64,000 bases of DNA from an uncultured Bdellovibrionales bacterium. Its GTDB lineage: Bacteria > Bdellovibrionota_C > UBA2361 > CAKMMH01. The stretch lies in NCBI GenBank assembly GCA_964534945.1, contig CAZHSB010000001.1, forward strand, positions 25,527 through 89,526. The letters are read 5' to 3'. This document shows positions 50,876-60,650 of the stretch, in pieces. The notes beneath the pieces are model-generated. The model did no database searches and had not been told where the DNA came from. It saw only the letters and a program-made list of their open reading frames with translations. Made by a program: the position numbers and the translations under genes. How positions within the stretch are numbered: the stretch's first letter is position 1; each line of letters begins with the position of its first letter.

Positions 50876-52116
50876 ATTTCCTTTAAAATTTTTTCTGTTG
50901 CGCCCATTAGGTGCTTACAAAATTCCTTTTGAATTGCACCCTTTTCTTTTAATAAACTAGGTGTATTTAATAACACGATACAAAGCTCCTCGATATCTTC
51001 TTTTGTCCTAACAATTGATATGGCATTTTGCAATAAGAGTTCGTTTACAATATCAAAATAATTTTGAAAATATTCTCCCATAAAAACATAGGCTCCGTAT
51101 TGCATTGCTTCCATTGGGTTATGACCACCAATATTAATTAAGCTAGCACCTATAAAGACAAGATTAGAAAAAGAAAATATTTTTTCTAATTCTCCATATG
51201 TATCTAACAAAACAACTTGATAATCTTTTTTTCCACCATTATTATCACTCCACTTAGTAAATTTAAACCCTTGATCTTTTAATTCATCTTCAAAATATGA
51301 AAATTTTTCTTTATGTCTTGGCGCAACAATAATTCCGATATCCTCATTATTTTCGTATAATGTTTTTAAGATCGGAAATAATATTTTTTCTTCATTTGGA
51401 CGAATGCTAGCTAGTGTAATAATCTTGTTTATTTTTGAATCTGGAAAATATTTTTTGCTAAGCTCTAATGCCTCGTAAGGACTTTTTATTTTTGGATTAA
51501 ATTCATATTTTGAATTTCCTGCAATTGATAAAATATTTTTATCAACATTAATCTTTTCAAAATATTCAAAATCTTTATTTGATTGCACTAAAATTTTAGT
51601 AAACTTATTTAAAATAGGAGTAATAAACCAAGATAATTTTTTATACTTATTTATAGTATTATTAGAAATTCTTGCATTAATAAGAAAAAGTGGAATTCCT
51701 TTTTTTGCATAATATGTTATAAAAGACGGCCAAATTTCAGTTTCCGAAATTATAATTTTAATTGGAGAAAATTTTTTAAAAATTTTTGAATGATAAATAC
51801 TACTATCAAAAGCCATTAAATGATTTTCATCAACGAAATCTTTTCCCTCATCTAATCCTGTAACAGAAGTCGTTGTAAGTAATATTTTTTGATTAGGTTT
51901 TTCTTGCTTTATTTTCTTTATTAGCGGAAGAATTCCTTTTACTTCACCTAATGATGCTGCATGAAACCAAATATATTCATCTTTTTTTATTTTCCAAAAT
52001 CCATATCTTTCTAAAAGTCTAGATCTTCCTCTTTTCTTTAGCAAAAAAAATGGCCAAACAAATAAAGATAATACAAAAACTCCATAATCATAAATTTTTA
52101 ATAAACTAGCATTCAT
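50872..52116 (-). CDS. waaA: 3-deoxy-D-manno-octulosonic acid (Kdo) transferase
   Basis: WFHAASLGE N-terminal motif with GT30-like architecture. Overlaps the lpxK start by 4 nt. Confidence 0.85.
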   Translation of the reverse strand: MNASLLKIYDYGVFVLSLFVWPFFLLKKRGRSRLLERYGFWKIKKDEYIWFHAASLGEVKGILPLIKKIKQEKPNQKILLTTTSVTGLDEGKDFVDENHLMAFDSSIYHSKIFKKFSPIKIIISETEIWPSFITYYAKKGIPLFLINARISNNTINKYKKLSWFITPILNKFTKILVQSNKDFEYFEKINVDKNILSIAGNSKYEFNPKIKSPYEALELSKKYFPDSKINKIITLASIRPNEEKILFPILKTLYENNEDIGIIVAPRHKEKFSYFEDELKDQGFKFTKWSDNNGGKKDYQVVLLDTYGELEKIFSFSNLVFIGASLINIGGHNPMEAMQYGAYVFMGEYFQNYFDIVNELLLQNAISIVRTKEDIEELCIVLLNTPSLLKEKGAIQKEFCKHLMGATEKILKEI

Positions 52117-52795
52117 AATTTCCTGCCATATTAAAAATATTGTTTAATTCATCTTCTACAAGCTTTCTATAATTTTCAGCTTCTTCATCAGTTAAATTTT
52201 CTTTTATGTAAATTGGTTTGCCTATAATAAGCACTCCCTTAGAGAACGGTTTTGGAAAAAACATTTTATCCCAACTATTAAACACCCACTTTCTTTTAAA
52301 ATCATACCCTATAGGGATAATTGGCATATTTGATAAAGAAGCCAGTGTTATTGCTCCCATTTTCATTTTACAAGCAGGGCCTTTTGGCCCATCAGGAGTA
52401 ATTCCTATATAAGCATCTTCTTCTTTTAGATCCTTTAATAATTTAAGACTCGATGCTCTAGAATTTTTTGTAGAAGAACCTGCAACAGAGCCATAATTAA
52501 AATATTTCATTACATTTGCTATTAATCTTCCATCACTATGTTGGCTGATTAAAACAGATATTTTTACATTTTTTCTATCATGAAAAAAACTTTTTTTTGT
52601 AATTGGTGCCATCAACAATTGATGCGCATGCCAAAAAATAATAACTCCTTTTTTAGGGAAAATTTTTCCCCCATCTAAGAAAGTTACATGCCATCTTATT
52701 GTCTTGTTTACAATAAAAATTATAACAAATCCTAAAAAAGCAAGAACATGAACTTTAAAAAAACTCTTTATCTTATTTGTAAATGTTTTTATCAT
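52106..52795 (-). CDS. Lysophospholipid acyltransferase-family protein (DUF374)
   Basis: N-terminal TM helix with FWHAHQL and GITPDGPKGP motifs. A typical waaA neighbour. Confidence 0.65.
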   Translation of the reverse strand: MIKTFTNKIKSFFKVHVLAFLGFVIIFIVNKTIRWHVTFLDGGKIFPKKGVIIFWHAHQLLMAPITKKSFFHDRKNVKISVLISQHSDGRLIANVMKYFNYGSVAGSSTKNSRASSLKLLKDLKEEDAYIGITPDGPKGPACKMKMGAITLASLSNMPIIPIGYDFKRKWVFNSWDKMFFPKPFSKGVLIIGKPIYIKENLTDEEAENYRKLVEDELNNIFNMAGNYEC

Positions 52796-52806
52796 AAAAA
52801 ATATTT

Positions 52807-54558
52807 TTATTTATCTTCTTTAAATTGCAAAGCATAAAGTTTTTCATACTCGCCATTTAATTTTAAAAGTTCCTCATGAGTCCCCATTTCTACGATTTGT
52901 CCTGCTCTCATTACAACAATACAGTCAGAATTTAAGATTGTGGAAAGCCTATGCGCAATTACAAGACAAGTTCTGTTTTTTGATAATTTTTCAAGCGCTT
53001 CTTGAACTTCTCTTTCTGATTGATTATCAAGTGATGCCGTGGCTTCATCTAAAATTAAAATTGGTGCATCTTTTAATACTGCTCTTGCAATAGATATTCT
53101 TTGTCGTTCTCCTCCAGAAAGAGCGTATCCAGATTCTCCAACAATAGAATCAAATTTATTTGGAAGCTTGTTTATAAAATCATAAGCAAACGAAACCTTT
53201 GAAGCGCTGATAATATCCTCTTTTGAAGCTTCTAAATTTCCATATTGAATATTATTAAAAATTGTATCATTAAATAAAAAAGTATGCTGACTTACCATTG
53301 CAATTTTTGAGCGAAGCTCAACTAAATCTAATTTTTTTACATCAACATCACCTATCAAAATTTTCCCTTCATTAGGATCCATAAATCTTGGAAGCAAATC
53401 AACAAGTGTAGATTTACCTGCGCCTGATAATCCAACAAGAGCATATTTCTTCCCTTCGGGAACTTTAAAATTTATATTCTTTAATGCAAAATCGCTAGAG
53501 TCTTTATTGTATGAAAACGTAATATTTTCAAAAGAAATATTATTTTCTTTTGGAAGTAATTGAGGATTTTCAGGTGTTACAATTTCTGGATTATGGTCTA
53601 ATATTTCAAAAACCCTATCTGCTCCCGTTAATCCTTGTTGAATATTTGTGCTTAATTTACTTAACTTTTTAAATGGTTCATACATTAAAAATACAGAAGT
53701 TAAGAATGCAATAAATTCCCCTTGGCTTTTAAAACCTTCAATCACATTGTATCCACCATACCAAATAACTCCCGCAACAGCAGAGCATGCTAATATTTCG
53801 TTTATTGGACCTGTAATTGCTTTCTTTTGTTCTGATTTTATAAATTCTTTATTAACTTTATCATTGTTTTTCTTGAACCGTTCTTTTTCGAATTCCTCTC
53901 GTCCAAAAATTTTAATAACTCTATTTCCCAAAATGCTTTCTGTAAGCATCGCAGTTAATGCGCCAATTCCATCTTGTCCTTTTTTACTATGTTTCCTTAC
54001 ATTCTTTCCTATCTTATATACAGGAAAAACAGCTAATGGAAAAGCAATAGAGGCAATTATCCCTAATATAGGATCTAAGTAAATTGCGGCGGAAACTAAG
54101 GAAATAAGTCTTATGGAATCTCCTAACAGCGATGAAAAAGAATCTGTAAGCAATGTTCGTAGCAGTGTTACATCACTTGTAATTCTACTTAGTAAATCTC
54201 CAGATTTATTATTAATAAAATAACTTGGAGAAAATTCTAAAAGCTTATCATTAATTTTAGACCTTAAATCTCTTATAATGTTATATCCGACTAATCCCAT
54301 CAAATATTTTTGCAAAAAATCCATAAGTCCCCTAAATATTGCAAAAACCACTAAAAGAAGTGGAAGAAAAAATAAGAATTCTTTATTTTTACTAGCGAAT
54401 ACTTCATCTAAAATATATTTGATTATAAAAGGCAAAGCTCCATCTGTTGCACCAAATATAATCATGCACAGCATGCCTAAAATGAATAAACCTTTATAAG
54501 GTTTCAAATACACAAGAAGCCTTATATAGATTTTTTTACTTTCTTGAAATTCTTTCAT
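52807..54558 (-). CDS. msbA: Lipid A export ABC transporter (permease-ATPase fusion) MsbA
   Basis: Six-TM domain plus NBD (GLSGAGKST, LSGGERQR, ILILDEATS). Adjacent to waaA and lpxK. Confidence 0.8.
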   Translation of the reverse strand: MKEFQESKKIYIRLLVYLKPYKGLFILGMLCMIIFGATDGALPFIIKYILDEVFASKNKEFLFFLPLLLVVFAIFRGLMDFLQKYLMGLVGYNIIRDLRSKINDKLLEFSPSYFINNKSGDLLSRITSDVTLLRTLLTDSFSSLLGDSIRLISLVSAAIYLDPILGIIASIAFPLAVFPVYKIGKNVRKHSKKGQDGIGALTAMLTESILGNRVIKIFGREEFEKERFKKNNDKVNKEFIKSEQKKAITGPINEILACSAVAGVIWYGGYNVIEGFKSQGEFIAFLTSVFLMYEPFKKLSKLSTNIQQGLTGADRVFEILDHNPEIVTPENPQLLPKENNISFENITFSYNKDSSDFALKNINFKVPEGKKYALVGLSGAGKSTLVDLLPRFMDPNEGKILIGDVDVKKLDLVELRSKIAMVSQHTFLFNDTIFNNIQYGNLEASKEDIISASKVSFAYDFINKLPNKFDSIVGESGYALSGGERQRISIARAVLKDAPILILDEATASLDNQSEREVQEALEKLSKNRTCLVIAHRLSTILNSDCIVVMRAGQIVEMGTHEELLKLNGEYEKLYALQFKEDK

Positions 54559-54682
54559 GAAAAAACTTTTTTAAAAAAATAAATATAGCAAACATAACTA
54601 AATAACAATCAACAACCCATTGGTGTTGATTGTATCATATCATTAAAAAAATAAAAAATGTCGCTTTTAAGTAATTCATCTC

Positions 54683-56200
54683 TTATTTTTTATTGCTTTT
54701 CTTGCTATTTTTATCTCTTATATTACCTTTTATTTTACTTTTACTACCTATTTGCACTTTTTCTTTTTCCTGCTTAGGTAAAAGCTTATATATCAAATAT
54801 CTTGTATGTTCTCCCCTCTTTAAAAGAATTAAAAATGGCTTATTTAATGATTTTGATTTTATAGCATTTTTAACATCAATTACATTTGTTATTTTTTTAC
54901 CTGCAACTTCTTTTATCAAATCCCCTCTTTGTATTCCAGAATCAAGAAATGCTTCATCATCTTTTATATCCGTGATCAAAACACCTTCAAAATCCTCAAG
55001 CTGTAAAACATCCGCTAATTTTTTATTCATATCTTTTAATAAAAGTCCCATAATATAATCTTCATCTTTTTCTTTCTTTTTCTTTTCATCATCTTTTGCG
55101 TCAAATTTATTTATCGTGGCGTTTAAAGTCAAAAATTTTCCATTTCTTATAAGGCCAATTTTCGCCTTACTACCAAGTGGCATTTCTGAAACTCTTAATG
55201 ATAACTCACTAAAATCTTTTATTTGAAAATCATTAAAGTTTGTTACAACGTCTCCTATCTTTATCCCTATTTTTTCCGCTACGGAATTTTTCAAAACGTC
55301 GGCAACTAATGCCCCACTTATCTTTTCTAAATTTAAAGCCTCTCTTACTTCTTCATCGACTTGTTGAATAATAATTCCTAAAGCACCTCTATCAACTTTT
55401 CCCTGTTCCTTTAATTGATTTATAATTTTTTTAACTTGATTCATCGGTGTTGAAAATCCAATGCCGATATTAAAGCCTGCTCCCCCAAATCTTGATGGGC
55501 TAAATATAGCAGTATTAATTCCTACGACTTGTCCTCTTGTATTAAGAAGCGGCCCACCGCTACTTCCTGGATTTATTGAGGCATCTGTTTGGATATAGTT
55601 TGCAAAAGGAAAAGCTTGATTTCCTTGAACCTGCCTAGACACAGCTGATACGATTCCTGCAGTAACTGTTTGCCCAAGTTGAAATTGATTTCCAATAGCA
55701 ATGACCCATTCGCCAACATGTAACTTATCAGAATCTCCTAAATACAAAAAATTAAAATCATTTCTTGCTTCAATTATCTTTAATAAAGCAATATCTACTT
55801 GTGGATCTTTTCCCAATATTTTTGCACTATATTGTTTCATATCGCCATCGAATCTAACTTTTATATTCTTTGCTGATTCTATGACATGATTATTGGTTAA
55901 GATAAAGCCCTCTTTACTTATAATGAATCCAGATCCAAGAGAAACAATTTTTCCTCCATCAAATTCTTCTTTTCCGTTTTCTTTCTCTTTTTTTACCAAT
56001 TCGCCAGAAATATTAACAACTGCCTTTTCTGCAATTTTCACCAATTTACTAAAATTTTGCCTCTTAAAAACTCTTTTTTGCTTTTGCATTAAAGGTGGTA
56101 TCCCCTCCTTAAACAATCCTTCATCACCATTTCCAGCATAACCACTTGTCTGAAAAACCAAGCTAAAAACTATCAAAATAAAAAAAACACTGTTTTTCAT
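54683..56200 (-). CDS. htrA: Do-family periplasmic serine endoprotease (DegP/HtrA) with two PDZ domains
   Basis: Signal peptide, catalytic GNSGGPLLN motif, and two PDZ-like C-terminal domains. Confidence 0.9.
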   Translation of the reverse strand: MKNSVFFILIVFSLVFQTSGYAGNGDEGLFKEGIPPLMQKQKRVFKRQNFSKLVKIAEKAVVNISGELVKKEKENGKEEFDGGKIVSLGSGFIISKEGFILTNNHVIESAKNIKVRFDGDMKQYSAKILGKDPQVDIALLKIIEARNDFNFLYLGDSDKLHVGEWVIAIGNQFQLGQTVTAGIVSAVSRQVQGNQAFPFANYIQTDASINPGSSGGPLLNTRGQVVGINTAIFSPSRFGGAGFNIGIGFSTPMNQVKKIINQLKEQGKVDRGALGIIIQQVDEEVREALNLEKISGALVADVLKNSVAEKIGIKIGDVVTNFNDFQIKDFSELSLRVSEMPLGSKAKIGLIRNGKFLTLNATINKFDAKDDEKKKKEKDEDYIMGLLLKDMNKKLADVLQLEDFEGVLITDIKDDEAFLDSGIQRGDLIKEVAGKKITNVIDVKNAIKSKSLNKPFLILLKRGEHTRYLIYKLLPKQEKEKVQIGSKSKIKGNIRDKNSKKSNKK

Positions 56201-56406
56201 AATATTCCTTTAAAATTTTTAATTTTTTATAACAATTTCAGATAATAACCTTAAAAAGAGTTACTGTAAATCAGAAAAATACTAAAAAAACTATTGAAAT
56301 TTAGAAGCATTGCCGAAATACTACAAGATAACTAAAAAGTTAAAACTGGAGCAAGTTATCTTGCAAATTTTTTATATCGTTTTTTATAAATTTTAAGGAG
56401 CATCTT

Positions 56407-56799
56407 ATGCTAGAAAAAATTAAATCGTGTTATGAAGGAACTTGTAGATATATTGGAGCTATGCAAATTGCACCAACAAAAAGACAAGCTCAAGTATGCC
56501 TTCTTCTTTTAGGTCTTGTTATTTTAACTGCAGGTTCTGGCCTAGAAGCAATGGCTCAAAATAATTCTGAGATAAATACAGATAGAATCGATAAAGCTGC
56601 AGATAAATTATTAAAAGCCATCCAAGGTCCATTTGGAGCTTTAATAATGATTGTTGCAGGAATATTTGCAATTGTTTGTGCTGCAATGGGAAGTTATAAG
56701 GTAGCATTATCTTTGCTAGTTATTTCTTTAGGCGCATTTATCTTGAGATCAATTATTGCTACATTCTTCAATGTAAACAGTATTGGTGAAGGCTATTAA
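56407..56799 (+). CDS. VirB2/TrbC-family pilin-like protein (orphan)
   Basis: Long N-terminal leader ending AMAQ. The mature region GPFGALIMIVAGIFAIVCAAMGS...LSLLVISLGAFIL parallels the A. tumefaciens VirB2 GPFGQSLAVLGIVAIGISWMFGR...FGASFL two-helix pattern. Confidence 0.5.
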   Translation: MLEKIKSCYEGTCRYIGAMQIAPTKRQAQVCLLLLGLVILTAGSGLEAMAQNNSEINTDRIDKAADKLLKAIQGPFGALIMIVAGIFAIVCAAMGSYKVALSLLVISLGAFILRSIIATFFNVNSIGEGY

Positions 56800-56818
56800 A
56801 GTAAATATTTAAACGAAA

Positions 56819-56856
56819 AAGTCGATCCATAATTTTATGGGTCGACTTTTTTTTGC
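56819..56856 (+). terminator. Rho-independent terminator (11-bp stem AAGTCGATCCA/TGGGTCGACTT, 8-nt loop, T-run)
   Basis: Read directly from the sequence, 20 nt after the pilin-like ORF stop. Confidence 0.7.
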
Positions 56857-56873
56857 TTTTTTATTTTTGTTTC

Positions 56874-57701
56874 TTATTTTCCGCCTAATCTTTCCCCAAA
56901 TGAAATTTCCCCTCTTTTATTAAAATCAATTTTATCTTTAAAATTATTATCTAAAACGAGTACAACTGTCGATCCAAGTTTAAAGCTTGCTATCTTTTCA
57001 AAGATATCTATTTTTTCATTTATATTAAATTCTTTTACTTTTCTTTCTTTTAAATTGTTAGTTTCAAAATTTAAAAATTTGTTTGTCATTTTTCCCACAT
57101 TTGTTGCACCTATCATAATTAGTAACAAATTTCCAAATTCTGATTCAATATTAAAAATTAATCTTTCATTTACAGAAAAAAGGTTTTTAACTGACCTTAA
57201 AGACCAATCAGTTACTGGCCAAAGATTTCCAGGTATATAACGAATAGTTTTTAATATTCCACTTAATGGACTATGAACATTATGATAATCTTTTGGTGAA
57301 AGATATAAATTGATAAAAAAACCATCTTGAAACTTTTTAGCTTCTTCTTTAGAACCTAATAATTTATCAAGCTCATATCTTTGTCCTTTTAAAACTTCAA
57401 TTGAAAGATTTTTTACCTCATCAACGTTCCTTAAAAATGCATCAACAGGACTTACAAAATTACTCTCAATTTTTCTTGCCCCTGATTTTAAATCCCTATT
57501 AAAAAATTCTCCTAATGATTCATATTCTTCTAAATTTTTTGAGATTTCCGATACATCGATTTTATAAAAAGAAATAAAGCGTCCTATTACAAACCTTACT
57601 AAATATTTAGGTCGTGTTATATTGGCAATTTTCCCAAATATAAAACTTAAATAATTTTTTGGAAAAATAAAAAATAACAAAAATAAGATTTTATCTCTCA
57701 T
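56874..57701 (-). CDS. psd: Phosphatidylserine decarboxylase proenzyme
   Basis: C-terminal LGST self-cleavage motif and a Psd-like core (FINLYLSPKDYH). Confidence 0.85.
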   Translation of the reverse strand: MRDKILFLLFFIFPKNYLSFIFGKIANITRPKYLVRFVIGRFISFYKIDVSEISKNLEEYESLGEFFNRDLKSGARKIESNFVSPVDAFLRNVDEVKNLSIEVLKGQRYELDKLLGSKEEAKKFQDGFFINLYLSPKDYHNVHSPLSGILKTIRYIPGNLWPVTDWSLRSVKNLFSVNERLIFNIESEFGNLLLIMIGATNVGKMTNKFLNFETNNLKERKVKEFNINEKIDIFEKIASFKLGSTVVLVLDNNFKDKIDFNKRGEISFGERLGGK

Positions 57702-57840
57702 AATGAATACCTATAATTAAATTTGTTTTTAAAATCTAATATTATTTAAAAACTTTCCGATATACAAACAAGTAAAAGTAAATATGCTTCAAAAGGCATT
57801 AACACTTTTATACTGTATCATATTTTTATTTTCTTAAAAC

Positions 57841-57869
57841 TTGACAAAGAAAATAAAAATATCTACTAT
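57841..57869 (+). promoter_or_regulatory. Sigma70-like promoter for initiator tRNA (TTGACA-N17-TACTAT)
   Basis: Hexamers read directly from the sequence, about 14 nt upstream of the tRNA. Confidence 0.45.
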
Positions 57870-57883
57870 ACATGACATCATAT

Positions 57884-57960
<77 letters not shown>

Positions 57961-57972
57961 TTTTCATTTATC

Positions 57973-58485
57973 TTAAAAATCCTCGGCGCTAGAATATTTT
58001 CCCAAATATCTTCCTTTTTCGTCGTATTTTTTATATGAACCATCTGATGATTTTTCTAATTTTCCAACATACTGTCCTCGCTCATCATAATGCTTAATAG
58101 TTCGTCCAGATGAATCTTCTTCATACTTTCCTTTATAATGGCCAGATGAATCAAAAGATTTTGATGTTCCCCCAAATGACTTTTCTAATTTTCCCTCATA
58201 CTTTCCTGAAGAGCCATATTTTTTTACTGTATTGCCAAAATCTTCATATTTTCCTTGATATCTTCCATGATCATCAAAAGATTTTATCGTTTTATCATCT
58301 TGCCTTTTAAATTGACCTTCATATAGTCCAGAAGAATTATAGCCTCTCACTGTATGATTTGAATTATTATCATGATTACTAAATCGATTATCAAAATCAT
58401 TAGGCTCAGCAAATGAAATATTTAAAAATAAAAAAATAATACTCAAAATTAAAGTAATGTTTTTCACAAATAAACCCTTATGCAT
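57973..58485 (-). CDS. Secreted protein composed of about six tandem ~21-aa repeats (G-x-Y-x-G-K-[YL]-E ... K-x-[YF]-D; MORN-like)
   Basis: Signal peptide (ISFA) followed by repeats visible in the translation. Confidence 0.5.
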   Translation of the reverse strand: MHKGLFVKNITLILSIIFLFLNISFAEPNDFDNRFSNHDNNSNHTVRGYNSSGLYEGQFKRQDDKTIKSFDDHGRYQGKYEDFGNTVKKYGSSGKYEGKLEKSFGGTSKSFDSSGHYKGKYEEDSSGRTIKHYDERGQYVGKLEKSSDGSYKKYDEKGRYLGKYSSAEDF

Positions 58486-58518
58486 ATATACGAAGACTTT
58501 AAATTAAATTACTGTAAA

Positions 58519-58746
58519 TTATAAAAGTTTACTTTCTTTTACAATTTTTAATATTTTTTCTTTTCCCTGTAATTTCCTTTTTTTTATACTTGCAAATTCA
58601 GACTGTTCTTCAGGACTTAAATAACTTTTATTAGACAACACTTCAACTCTCTTGTCTAAATCAACATGTTCTTCATATAGCTTTTTTAATTCGTAATCTC
58701 CAGCATTAATTAATTTTTTTATAGCATCAATTTCATGTTTTTCCAT
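58519..58746 (-). CDS. DUF465 (YdcH-like) small protein
   Basis: C-terminal pattern EE.SEFASIKKRKLQGKEKILKI matches the DUF465 E..RLKK.KL.LKD.I signature. Confidence 0.5.
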   Translation of the reverse strand: MEKHEIDAIKKLINAGDYELKKLYEEHVDLDKRVEVLSNKSYLSPEEQSEFASIKKRKLQGKEKILKIVKESKLL

Positions 58747-58816
58747 AAAATCCCTTTTAAAAATAATTTAATTATAAAAATATCTTACCATAAATAAAAA
58801 AACTTAAAAATTTTTA

Positions 58817-59803
58817 TTATCCTTTTCTAAATATTTCTATTAAACTTTGAAAATCTTCCGGTAAAGAAGAATCAAAGAATAACCTTTTTCCAGTTACAGG
58901 ATGAATAAAACCTAAATTTTTTGCATGTAATGCCTGACGTCCAAATTTTTCTTCTGCAACTCTTAAATTATATGGAAGCAAAGAAAAATCTCCATACATC
59001 TTATCTCCAATAATAGGAGAATGAATATAATCCATATGTACTCTTATTTGATGAGTTCTGCCCGTTTCTAATTTAAACGACAATAAACATGCATAACGCA
59101 TTTCTTCTATTTTTTTCCAATGAGTAATTGCAATTTTTCCTTCATCTTCAAGTACCGCTCTTTTTAAACGATTGATCTTATGACGTCCTATGAAAGTATT
59201 TATAACACCTTCATCTGACTTATTAACTTCTCTATCTGCTCTTGGAGTTGAAAGGACAAGCGCCATGTATTGCCTATCTACAGAATGTTCCTTAAACTGC
59301 TTCATTAAATTAACTTGCGAAAATTCATTTTTTGCGACGACTAAAAGACCAGTAGTATCTTTATCTATTCTATGAACGATACCAACCCTGACATTTTTTT
59401 TAGATTCATTATTAAACGATAACTTATCAATAACTGCATTTAAAAGCGTTTTATCTTTATTACCTGCCCCTGGATGTACAACAAACTCTGGTCCCTTATT
59501 TATAACAAGCAAATCATCATCTTCATAGACAATATCAAGCACTACATCTTTCCACGGTTTGATATAATTTACCTCTTCTTCGATGTCAAGGTCACATTCT
59601 ATTTTATCATTTAATTGAAGCGCATAAGAGCCTTTCTTAGGCTTTCCATTTATGAGAACATTTCCATTTTTTATAAACTCTTGAATCTTCGATCGAGAAA
59701 AAAACATTTTTGATAAATCTTTAGACTCTAATAACAAAAGTAATGCTATATCTAATCTTTTCCCAACAAACTCTGAATCAACATTAAAATCAATTTTATT
59801 CAT
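58817..59803 (-). CDS. rluD: 23S rRNA pseudouridine synthase RluD (RluA family with S4 domain)
   Basis: N-terminal S4 domain and catalytic HRIDKDTTGLLVVAK motif. Confidence 0.85.
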   Translation of the reverse strand: MNKIDFNVDSEFVGKRLDIALLLLLESKDLSKMFFSRSKIQEFIKNGNVLINGKPKKGSYALQLNDKIECDLDIEEEVNYIKPWKDVVLDIVYEDDDLLVINKGPEFVVHPGAGNKDKTLLNAVIDKLSFNNESKKNVRVGIVHRIDKDTTGLLVVAKNEFSQVNLMKQFKEHSVDRQYMALVLSTPRADREVNKSDEGVINTFIGRHKINRLKRAVLEDEGKIAITHWKKIEEMRYACLLSFKLETGRTHQIRVHMDYIHSPIIGDKMYGDFSLLPYNLRVAEEKFGRQALHAKNLGFIHPVTGKRLFFDSSLPEDFQSLIEIFRKG

Positions 59804-59810
59804 ATTAATT

Positions 59811-60596
59811 TTAAATATCTTTTAATTTTTTCTGTGCCTTTTCTTTATACTCCGAACCCGGATATTCCTTGATTAATTTTTGTAAACTTAATTTTGTGGC
59901 ATTTTTATCTTTTAAACGTAAGAACACTAATGCTTGATTGTATAATGCCATTGGAGCACGCGGATGATTTTTGAAAGTTGTCAATAGAGAATTATAAGCT
60001 ATAAGTGCATCTTTATTATTACCAACAGCATCGGAACAAATTCCTTGCCAAAAAAGCACTCTTGTTTGTTGCTCCCCTACAGCACTAGTCATTAAATCGT
60101 TTATTATTGTTAAAGCTTCTCTAAATTTATTTGTTTTTATATTTTCTAACATTTCAAGCATTTCACGCCCAAATTCAATATTTTGTTTCGACGCAAAAAC
60201 TTCATCTTCAGCTAACATTGCCTCAGGCACTATCGCATGCATTGGCTCCCCCTGCGACACTTTATCAGATGCCAAATTCCCGACAAGTTCTGGTTGAATA
60301 TTCACATCGGGAGAGGCAATATTTTGATTTTGGATTTCTTGCATTTGATCCTTGTAATGTTGCAATTCTTCTATTGTTCCATTCGCCTTTTGCAATTCTT
60401 CTGAAAGCCTTGAAACTTCAGAAGACTGTTCTAATTGATAAGATCTAAGATTCTCAACAGATCTTTTTAATGACATGATCTCGTCTGAAGTATTCGAGGA
60501 AAAACACGCAGATAATAAAAAAAGACTTAATAGATAAAAATTTTTTTTCATAGCAAACACAGATACAAGAAATAAAAGGAAGATAACGAGGAACAC
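59811..60596 (-). CDS. cpoB: Tol-Pal system protein CpoB/YbgF (coiled coil plus TPR)
   Basis: Signal peptide, N-terminal coiled-coil, C-terminal TPR repeats. Immediately downstream of pal. Confidence 0.75.
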   Translation of the reverse strand: MFLVIFLLFLVSVFAMKKNFYLLSLFLLSACFSSNTSDEIMSLKRSVENLRSYQLEQSSEVSRLSEELQKANGTIEELQHYKDQMQEIQNQNIASPDVNIQPELVGNLASDKVSQGEPMHAIVPEAMLAEDEVFASKQNIEFGREMLEMLENIKTNKFREALTIINDLMTSAVGEQQTRVLFWQGICSDAVGNNKDALIAYNSLLTTFKNHPRAPMALYNQALVFLRLKDKNATKLSLQKLIKEYPGSEYKEKAQKKLKDI

Positions 60597-60650
60597 ATCT
60601 AAAGAAGTAACCTTATAAAGGCTACCTCTTTAAACGTAAAACATCTCAAA

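Noticed and set aside
53648-54499. Antisense ORFs (144 and 73 aa) inside msbA
   Set aside because: Shadow ORFs inside a strongly supported ABC transporter gene.
54693-56141. Several plus-strand ORFs inside htrA
   Set aside because: They overlap a high-confidence DegP/HtrA CDS, and their translations are low-complexity.
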